Source of the DNA: Candidatus Nitrospira inopinata
GTDB lineage: Bacteria; Nitrospirota; Nitrospiria; Nitrospirales; Nitrospiraceae
Direction: 5' to 3'
Assembly (NCBI RefSeq): GCF_001458695.1
Contig: NZ_LN885086.1
Coordinates: 240,001-272,000 of the forward strand
DNA length: 32,000 nucleotides
Position 1 is the stretch's first letter; each line of letters opens with the position of its first letter. The notes below the pieces were generated by a model, which worked only from the letters and a program-made list of their open reading frames with translations, had not been told where the DNA came from and did not search any database. Made by a program: the position numbers and the translations under genes. Shown here piece after piece: positions 1 to 6,249 of this stretch.

Positions 1-13
1 CCGCTACGCGCAT
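1..13 (-). CDS. First 4 codons (MRVA...) of the gene downstream of fabH. Conserved fab-cluster order suggests fabD, but 13 nt cannot confirm it.
   Basis: ATG at 13..11 lies 5 nt after GGAGG (complement of 19..23), directly downstream of the fabH stop (28..30). Confidence 0.3.
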
Positions 14-27
14 ACCGACCTCCGTCG

Positions 28-1008
28 TCACCATCGAATCATCGCCGAAGCCCAGGTCAGCCCCGCTCCGAACGCTCCGAGCATGACCATCGATCCTTCC
101 TTGATTCGTCCCGTGCGCACCGCTTCGTCCAGCGCGAGGGGAATCGAGGCCGCGGAGGTGTTGCCGTAGCGATCGAGATTGAACATCATTTTTTCCGACG
201 GAAGGCCGAGCCGCTCCGTCACGGCCGTGAGGATCCTGACATTGGCCTGATGCGGCACGTAGAGGTCTACGTCTTCCACCCTCAACTTGTTCGCCGCCAA
301 GGTCTCACGGGCGATCTCTTCGAGTGTCCGCACGGCCACTTTGAAGGTCTCGTGCCCCTTCATTTTGATGCACTGCATCTTCTCGGCGATCGTTTTGTCG
401 GACGAGGGATTCCGCGATCCGCCCGCCGGAACCGTGATGAGTTCGTTCAAATGGCCGTCGGAACGAAGATGCGTGGATAAGATGCCGCGCCCCCCGTCCT
501 CGTCGCCGGCGCTCACGACCGCCGCCCCGGCTCCGTCTCCGAAGAGGATACAGGTATTGCGGTCCGTCCAATCCGTGATCGCGGACATGACTTCCGATCC
601 GATCACCAAGACGTGACGCATGCCTGTTTTGATATAGGCGTCGGCTACCGACAGCGCATAGACGAATCCGCAACAGGCGGCGGACACGTCGCAGGCCGCC
701 GCCCTGGTCGCGCCAAGCCGATGCTGGACCAAACAGGCCGTCGACGGAAGGGGATAGTCGCCGGTGCACGTCGCGACCAAGACCATGTCCAACTCCGCGG
801 CCGACAGCTTTGCCGCCTCCAGGGCCCGCTTGCCGGCCTGGACGGCCAGATCGGAACACGCTTCTCCCTCTCCCGCGACGCGACGTTCCCGGATGCCCGT
901 CCGTTCGCGAATCCATTCATCCGACGTCGCGACCAACCGCTCGAGATCCGCGTTGGTCAGCACCTTGGCCGGCACGTACGAGCCCGTTCCTGTGATCCGG
1001 GCCTTCAC
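28..1008 (-). CDS. fabH: 3-oxoacyl-ACP synthase III (KAS III)
   Basis: Trimmed from ORF 28..1266, whose N-terminal 86 aa overlap plsX. Sequence starts VKARITGTGSYVPAKVLTNADLE. Cys/His/Asn triad contexts are present: SAACCGFVYAL, VPHQANVRI, YGNTSAASIP. GTG at 1008 has GGAGG (1016..1020) 7 nt upstream and forms a GTGA overlap with the plsX stop. Confidence 0.92.
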   Translation of the reverse strand: MKARITGTGSYVPAKVLTNADLERLVATSDEWIRERTGIRERRVAGEGEACSDLAVQAGKRALEAAKLSAAELDMVLVATCTGDYPLPSTACLVQHRLGATRAAACDVSAACCGFVYALSVADAYIKTGMRHVLVIGSEVMSAITDWTDRNTCILFGDGAGAAVVSAGDEDGGRGILSTHLRSDGHLNELITVPAGGSRNPSSDKTIAEKMQCIKMKGHETFKVAVRTLEEIARETLAANKLRVEDVDLYVPHQANVRILTAVTERLGLPSEKMMFNLDRYGNTSAASIPLALDEAVRTGRIKEGSMVMLGAFGAGLTWASAMIRW

Positions 1009-2033
1009 GTTCGCGCCTCCGCGGACGAAGAGGCGAGGCTTTCCTCTATGTTGCGTTGGATCAGCTCGCGCACGCGGCCTTCGGCCATGCCTTTGGCCCG
1101 TCGAATCGCGTTTTTGATGGCCTTCGCCGAGGACCGCCCATGGCAGATCATGGTGATGCCGTTGACGCCGAGCAGCGGAGCGCCCCCGAATTCCGCGTAA
1201 TCGATTCGCCGTTTCAGCTTCCTGAGCGGCCCGACGATCAGCGGATAGGCCACGCGCCCCGACCACGATCTGGACAGCTCTTGCTCCAGCAATTTGCTGA
1301 TCGTCTCGGCGACGCCTTCGGATATTTTTAAAGCCACGTTTCCGATAAACCCGTCGCAGACGACAACGTCGGCGATACCGCTGTACACCTCGCGTCCCTC
1401 GACGTTGCCGATGAAGTTCAAGGAGCCGGCCTTCAAGAGCTTGAACGCTTCTTTGGTGACTTCGTTGCCTTTGCTGTCTTCTTCGCCGATGCTCAACAAA
1501 CCGACGCGGGGGTTCGGCTTGCCGAAGAGGTGCTTGCCGTATTCATTGCCCATGACGGCGAACTGAAACAGATCTCTGGCGCTGCAATCGACGTTGGCCC
1601 CCACGTCGAGAATGATCGCCTCGCCGGAGACGGTCGGCAAGCTGGTCGCGATCGCCGGCCGCTCGACGCCTTTCGTCAATCCCAGCACGAAAAACGACGC
1701 CACCATGCTGGCCCCGGTGTTGCCCGGGCTCACTACCGCATCGGCCTCTCCGTTTTTGACCATCGTGGTGGCGACCCAAATCGACGAGTCCCGCTTTTTT
1801 CTGACCACGGCCGCCGGCGACTCGTGCATCGAAACGACCTGCGACGCGTGGCGGATGGACACCCGGCCGTCGTGACAGCCTAATCGGCGACATTCCTGCT
1901 TCAGAAGAGTCTCGTCACCGACGAGAATGACCTCGACATCCGCTTCTCTGACGGCTTGGAGAGCGCCTTCGATGCAAGGGGGGGGGCCGTAATCCCCCCC
2001 CACGGCATCAAGCGCGATCTTCATGCGTGGCAT
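1005..2033 (-). CDS. plsX: Phosphate acyltransferase PlsX
   Basis: MKIALDAVGGDYGP...VSPGNTGA...GFIGNVALK is typical PlsX. The start is ambiguous (GTG 2051, ATG 2033, ATG 2024) and no strong SD is present. It sits in the conserved rpmF-plsX-fabH order. Confidence 0.9.
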   Translation of the reverse strand: MPRMKIALDAVGGDYGPPPCIEGALQAVREADVEVILVGDETLLKQECRRLGCHDGRVSIRHASQVVSMHESPAAVVRKKRDSSIWVATTMVKNGEADAVVSPGNTGASMVASFFVLGLTKGVERPAIATSLPTVSGEAIILDVGANVDCSARDLFQFAVMGNEYGKHLFGKPNPRVGLLSIGEEDSKGNEVTKEAFKLLKAGSLNFIGNVEGREVYSGIADVVVCDGFIGNVALKISEGVAETISKLLEQELSRSWSGRVAYPLIVGPLRKLKRRIDYAEFGGAPLLGVNGITMICHGRSSAKAIKNAIRRAKGMAEGRVRELIQRNIEESLASSSAEART

Positions 2034-2290
2034 GCTGCTCACAACCGGCACCAGACAAATTCATCGTCCAGGCACGGCGGCTTGTACTTCCCAACCGGTG
2101 CCGAGCGTCCGACGCGTGGACGCAAACTCGGTAAAGGACGACGGGCTCTTCCGCTCTCCGCCTCGCAAAAGCCGTCGCCGTCAAAAACATCCGCCCCGGC
2201 AACCTGGGGTGTGTTGAAAGCCGATCCCGAACGATCGTTTGGCCTCGCCTCGAGGTTGGACCGACGCCGTCGAAGGCCGGAGCCATTCCA

Positions 2291-2476
2291 TCAAGCCTCT
2301 TCGACTTGAATGACGGCCTTGCCCTTGTACGTCCCGCAATTCAAGCAGGTGTAATGCGGCAGTTTCAATTCATGACATTGGGGACACACGGACATCCCCG
2401 GAGGCGTCATGCGCAGTTTCTGCGTGCGGCGTTTATCGCGTCGCGCCCGCGAATGTTTATGTTTTGGATTTGGCAT
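2291..2476 (-). CDS. rpmF: 50S ribosomal protein L32
   Basis: 61 aa starting MPNPKHKHSRARRDKRRTQ, with a CPQC...CLNCG zinc ribbon. It follows yceD as in the conserved yceD-rpmF pair. Confidence 0.95.
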   Translation of the reverse strand: MPNPKHKHSRARRDKRRTQKLRMTPPGMSVCPQCHELKLPHYTCLNCGTYKGKAVIQVEEA

Positions 2477-2509
2477 CGTGACTCCTTCGTTGTACCGCCG
2501 TCGGTGCGC

Positions 2510-3106
2510 TTATCGGCTTGCCGGCCCCTGATTTTTTTGTCTCATGCCGCGCAGAGCCTGAAAGGGACCTCCCGCGGATTCGGCGACGCACCGGCACGGC
2601 CCTTCGTTTAAATCTTTTCCGCATTGCGGGCAGAGCCCGAGGCAATCCGGGTTGCAGAGCGGGTGCATCGGCGAGGCCAGAATCAATTGTTCCCGCAGCA
2701 TCGGCGCCAATTCGAGATGATCGCCGGAGTAATAGTAGAGATCGTCGTCGGATTCTTCTTCCGGCTTCACCTGAACGGCCGACGCCGATTTCCTTCTCGA
2801 TGCGGCCTCATGTTTCACGGCGGACGCCGTCGGCTTGCTCTCCCGTTCATAGGCCGCGTGAAGCGCGAACGCCAGGGGATCGTCGAAATCTTTGAGGCAT
2901 CGGACGCATTGACGGATCGCCGTTCCCTCGACGACTCCGGTCACGCAAATGGTTTTCCCGACGACCCGGAAATCCAACCCGACGGCCAACGTCCCGCGAA
3001 GCACAAGATCCGCCTCGGTCAACCCGAGCTCTTCCGCCGTCAGATCGCCGGACAGCGACCGCGCGTGGGCGACAATGTCCGAAACTTTCGGCGTCAACAG
3101 ATCCAT
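2510..3106 (-). CDS. yceD: DUF177 / YceD family protein
   Basis: The C-terminal part of ORF 2510..3628 carries CVRCLKDF...CNPDCLGLCPQCGKDLN, the YceD Cys motifs. The upstream part of that ORF overlaps rpsR and ssb out of frame. ATG 3106 has GGAGGA 5 nt upstream. An alternative ATG at 3169 forms a TAATG overlap with the rpsR stop. Confidence 0.8.
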   Translation of the reverse strand: MDLLTPKVSDIVAHARSLSGDLTAEELGLTEADLVLRGTLAVGLDFRVVGKTICVTGVVEGTAIRQCVRCLKDFDDPLAFALHAAYERESKPTASAVKHEAASRRKSASAVQVKPEEESDDDLYYYSGDHLELAPMLREQLILASPMHPLCNPDCLGLCPQCGKDLNEGPCRCVAESAGGPFQALRGMRQKNQGPASR

Positions 3107-3168
3107 CATGTCCTCCGACAGTGCGCCGCTCCCCCCCTTCGGCGCACGGGCTCCGTCGCTCGCGCTCA

Positions 3169-3426
3169 TTACCGCTCTTCCGCGAAACTGATGATCGCGA
3201 TGTGCCTGGCGCGTTTGACGGCGACCGTCAGCTCGCGTTGATGACGCATGCAATTCCCCGAAATGCGGCGCGGCACGATGCGCCCCCGTTCGGTCAGAAA
3301 GTTTCTCAGCAGACCGGCGTCCTTGAAGTCGATCGGCATCTTGTCCACGCAAAAGCGGCACGGGCGTCTGCGCTGAAACAACCTGCCGCCGCCCCCGCTT
3401 CTTTCTCCTTCGCTGCTCCGTTCCAT
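3169..3426 (-). CDS. rpsR: 30S ribosomal protein S18
   Basis: 85 aa with CRFCVDKMPIDFKDAGLLRNFLTERGRIVPRRISGNCMRHQRELTVAVKRAR. Located in the rpsF-ssb-rpsR order. Confidence 0.95.
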   Translation of the reverse strand: MERSSEGERSGGGGRLFQRRRPCRFCVDKMPIDFKDAGLLRNFLTERGRIVPRRISGNCMRHQRELTVAVKRARHIAIISFAEER

Positions 3427-3449
3427 TCCCCGCCTCCTCGTTCGCGAGA

Positions 3450-3851
3450 CTACCCTTGTTCATCCATGTCGTAGGCCAGGTCCTCGTGGTTGACCGGCTC
3501 CGTCGCCCCGGAGGCGCCGTCCTGTCTCTTGGGTAGAAATGTGACGCTCTGCGCGACGACCTCATGCTTGCTTCGCTTCTGGCCGTCTTCCGTTTCCCAT
3601 CGCCGCTGCTGAAGCCGCCCCTCCACAATGACTCCGTTGCCTTTGCTGAGATACTGACCGCAGTGTTCCGCCTGCTTGCCGAACACCACGATGTCCACGA
3701 AACAGACTTCCTCTTTCAGGTCCTCTCCTTGCTTGAACCGGCGGCCTACCGCCAGGCCGAAACCGGCCACCGGCGTCCCGTTCGGCGTATAGCGCAGTTC
3801 GGGATTCCTGGTCAGATTGCCCAGCAGAATGACTTTGTTAAAGCCCGCCAC
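3450..3851 (-). CDS. ssb: Single-stranded DNA-binding protein (short, 133 aa)
   Basis: OB-fold N-terminus MAGFNKVILLGNLTRNPELRYTPNGTPVAGFGLAV...VVFGKQAE. GTG start at 3851, 2 nt after the rpsF stop. The C-terminus ends ...LAYDMDEQG. Confidence 0.9.
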   Translation of the reverse strand: MAGFNKVILLGNLTRNPELRYTPNGTPVAGFGLAVGRRFKQGEDLKEEVCFVDIVVFGKQAEHCGQYLSKGNGVIVEGRLQQRRWETEDGQKRSKHEVVAQSVTFLPKRQDGASGATEPVNHEDLAYDMDEQG

Positions 3852-3853
3852 CG

Positions 3854-4195
3854 TCAGACCCCCACGGGCTCTTGAGCCACCGGCTCCGACGGCCGTCGCA
3901 CCGGCAATTCCTTCTCGTGCTGGACGGTGAGAAATTTGATGATATGGTCCTCCAGTCGATAGGCCCGCTCCAACTCCGCCACCGTCTGATTCGGCGCCTT
4001 GAAATAAAAATAGGCGTAGGTGCCTTTTCGCTCGCGGCGCACTTCATACGCCAGCTTTTTCTTTCCCAGATTCTCGGCCTTGATGAACTGGGCGCCGGCC
4101 TTGTCGGCCACGTTTCTCATCTTTTCGATGAGGGCGCCGGTCTCTTCGTCTGAAAGAGACGGACGAATAATGAACAAGGACTCGTAGATCCTCAT
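3854..4195 (-). CDS. rpsF: 30S ribosomal protein S6
   Basis: MRIYESLFIIRPSLSDEE...KKKLAYEV...GTYAYFYF. AGGAGG (complement of 4204..4209) lies 8 nt upstream of the ATG. Confidence 0.95.
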   Translation of the reverse strand: MRIYESLFIIRPSLSDEETGALIEKMRNVADKAGAQFIKAENLGKKKLAYEVRRERKGTYAYFYFKAPNQTVAELERAYRLEDHIIKFLTVQHEKELPVRRPSEPVAQEPVGV

Positions 4196-4268
4196 GCGGC
4201 AATCCTCCTGGACAAAGGCCCCCGAACCGGTCGGGAGCGAGGTGTGGGGCGCCCTCGGGCGCGATAGG
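4196..4268 (-). promoter_or_regulatory. Structured 5' leader of the rpsF operon (candidate autoregulatory leader)
   Basis: The minus-strand RNA has two GC hairpins between the predicted promoter and the SD: GCGCC-CGAG-GGCGC (about 4249..4262) and CUCCCGA-CCGGU-UCGGGGG (about 4219..4237). Confidence 0.3.
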
Positions 4269-4274
4269 CGAGCG

Positions 4275-4304
4275 ACCGTAGCACAAGGTCGAAACGACTG
4301 TCAA
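4275..4304 (-). promoter_or_regulatory. Sigma70-type promoter candidate for rpsF-ssb-rpsR
   Basis: Minus strand reads TTGACA (4304..4299), 18 nt, TACGGT (4280..4275), about 80 nt upstream of the rpsF ATG. Confidence 0.4.
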
Positions 4305-4365
4305 TAAAGGCACCTCTTGCGAGAGTCGTGTAAGCCCCTGTGGGCGTCAGCCCCCTCGTGAGCCG

Positions 4366-4374
4366 TGCTAGACT
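4366..4374 (+). promoter_or_regulatory. Extended -10 promoter candidate (TGcTAGACT) for the plus-strand locus
   Basis: TGCTAGACT at 4366..4374 with no good -35. It lies about 40 nt upstream of ATG 4413, which has GGGGGA 8 nt upstream. Confidence 0.3.
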
Positions 4375-4412
4375 CGTGCGGGTTCCATGGAACATGCTGG
4401 GGGACATGCCTC

Positions 4413-4736
4413 ATGAAACCAGTGGACGCACCGGTTCGCATCCAAGGAGAAGAAAAGGATCGAATGAGGCTCCCCCTCTGGGCGCTACGATTGGGGAAAA
4501 CAACCCCGCTTTCCGATCCTCGCGGGTGGCCCCCGACGCCCGAAGAGGGATTACGGCGTTCCATTCAGCTTTCAGACTTCGAATACCGGCAGTTGATCGC
4601 CTCGACCCGGTTGCAACATCCGGACGCATCAACCGATGCCATTGCCCAATTCGCGTACGCGACTCTTCTGACCTGGGAACAGGTTCGTTCATCGCTCCGG
4701 CTCGCACCGAGGACTGCTTCGCGTGGCCGCCGCTGA
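4413..4736 (+). CDS. Hypothetical 107-aa protein. Possible partner or remnant upstream of the nucleotidyltransferase pseudogene.
   Basis: In-frame ATG within ORF 4365..4736, with a GGGGGA SD and an extended -10 upstream. Its stop overlaps the downstream GTG (4723) by 14 nt. I recognise no family. Confidence 0.3.
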   Translation: MKPVDAPVRIQGEEKDRMRLPLWALRLGKTTPLSDPRGWPPTPEEGLRRSIQLSDFEYRQLIASTRLQHPDASTDAIAQFAYATLLTWEQVRSSLRLAPRTASRGRR

Positions 4737-5308
4737 TTCCCATCCGTTTGAAGAGGCCTTCGATGATCTGTTTCGCGTCCTGAACGAGCTCCCCTTCCCC
4801 TACTGCTTGATGGGAGCGTTGGCTTTGGGAGCATGGGGCACTTCACGAGCGACGCACGACCTCAATGCCATGGTCGCCATTGGTCACTCCGACCGCCCTC
4901 AACTCTTGCAAGCCCTGGAAGAGTACGGTTTGTGTACGGATTTGTGGAGGATGCCCAATGGGCGGAACGGAACACAACCCAATGCTCAGGGGCTCCCACG
5001 TTCGGTTACGACGTGGAGCCATCCCGGTCGATCTCATGCTCCCCAAGGACGACCACGATCGAACCTGTCTCAGCCGGCGTCGGCACTATGCGCTCGGCAA
5101 CCTGTCCCTGTGGATCATTTCCCTGGAGGACGTGGTGATTCACAAATTGAAGGCGGGGCGAGTGCAGGACTTCATCGACGTGCTGTCGGTCCTGCAACGT
5201 CAAACCGGCTCACTGGACCACGCTTCTATTACCGACTGGGCAAAGAAGCTCAGGATCTGGGAAGAATGGCGATACGTGGGGACCCAGGCTGATGTCTCAA
5301 GGCCTTAA
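4723..5308 (+). pseudogene. Frameshifted nucleotidyltransferase-fold gene (MNT / DUF6036-like family)
   Basis: The N-terminal half is in the frame of ORF 4723..5292 (FPYCLMGALALGAWGTSRATHDLNAMVAI...LLQALEEYGL). The C-terminal half is in the +1 frame of ORF 4865..5308 (IPVDLMLPKDDHD...LWIISLEDVVIHKLKAGRVQDFIDVLSVL...). The frame switch falls around 4935..4975. The 586-nt span is not a multiple of 3. Confidence 0.6.
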
Positions 5309-5558
5309 GTGGCGGAACGATCCCACATGCCCGATGCTCATGCCGGGAGCATTCGAGGAGCATTCGCCTATTCTGACGAGAGCCACCGCGAGCGCAAGCA
5401 GGTCAGACAACCAACAGACACCCAACCACCATTGATGGGACACTGACGGAGCAACCCGGCACCGGCCTGTCCGTCAACTTTCCTCCTCCGTTGGGAATGG
5501 TGGGGGATCAGCCTCCGCTCCCGATCCGCCACTTCATACTGGAACCGCCCACAACACG

Positions 5559-5588
5559 CCGGGCCGGGGGTGGTCACCCCCGGCCCGG
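5559..5588. other. Perfect 12-bp GC hairpin (CCGGGCCGGGGG-tggtca-CCCCCGGCCCGG)
   Basis: Read directly from the sequence. It lies in a ~375-nt non-coding gap between the two convergent pseudogenes. There is no U-tract on either strand. Confidence 0.5.
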
Positions 5589-5685
5589 TCGTCAGATCCG
5601 CGCCCTGTTCCCTCTTCACTCTCGCGGCACCCTCCACCAATTACAACCGCCACCCGGCGCAACGGCCTGCGGCTTCCCCGCTCGA

Positions 5686-6249
5686 CTATTCAGAATGGCC
5701 CGTCACCGCCGCCGGCAGCGGAATCGGATCGAGATTCCGCACCAGCCAGGCCTCGAAGCGGCGGTTCGGATTGATGCCCAATCCCACAATGTGGCGGCCA
5801 TCGGGAGAAATAGCAGTGGCCGATGTCAAGGACCAGCCGGTCAATTGGCTCCCCAGCCCATAGTCAGTGATCAACACGTCCAGCAACGAGCGCATGCCGT
5901 GGGATGGATCCCAGATGAAGGCTTGCCTCCCCGTCGTGATGGAGTAATAGCTATACCCCACCACGACCGACCCATCGGCCGAGACGCCAGTGGCCTGGCT
6001 AGAGCCCCCCCGGCAAGAAGCCCAGACCGGTCATGGTGCCACCACCCGGACCATCTTGCCAGCGAAAGGCTTGAAACCCCCTGGCGGAGGTGCTCCCCCC
6101 ACCACCATCGACCCATCGGCCGAGACGCCAAAGGCAAAGCTCCAGAACTCCCTCGGCAAGGAGCCCAACGGAATGAACTCCGCCGCCTGGCCTGCCCCCG
6201 GCCCCAGCAGCAGGCTCCCCGCCAGCAAAAGGCCACGGACGAGCCCCAC
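5686..6249 (-). pseudogene. HAF-repeat extracellular protein with a truncated VPLPA/PEP-CTERM-type sorting signal, disrupted by two frameshifts
   Basis: GTG 6249 has GAGGG 8 nt upstream and opens a signal peptide (GLVRGLLLAGSLLLGPGAGQAAEF). Three repeats follow: FGVSADGSMVVGG / QAFRWQDGPGGGTMTGLGFLPGG / ATGVSADGSVVVGYS...QAFIWDPSHGMRSL / ATAISPDGRHIVGLG. The middle ~90 nt is only homologous in a different frame, entered at a G6 tract (6095..6100) and left at a G7 tract (6005..6011). In-frame TGA at 6031..6033. The protein ends ...DPIPLPAAVTGHSE with no TM helix or basic tail. Confidence 0.65.

Noticed and set aside
1009-1266. N-terminal extensions of track ORFs (fabH 28..1266, yceD 2510..3628, prs 10410..11456, regulator 12465..13955, yggT 19835..20221, proC 20137..21102, ftsA 23805..25169, murC 27986..29473)
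   Set aside because: The extensions overlap the upstream gene out of frame, are R/G-rich, and precede internal starts that have SD sequences and family-typical N-termini.
2008-2286. 92-aa minus ORF in the rpmF-plsX spacer
   Set aside because: It is Arg-rich, has no SD, overlaps the plsX start region, and has no recognisable motif.
4270-4300. tRNA-like T-loop (GGTCGAAAC) in the rpsF upstream region
   Set aside because: No complementary T-stem, acceptor stem or anticodon arm can be drawn. It overlaps the predicted promoter spacer.
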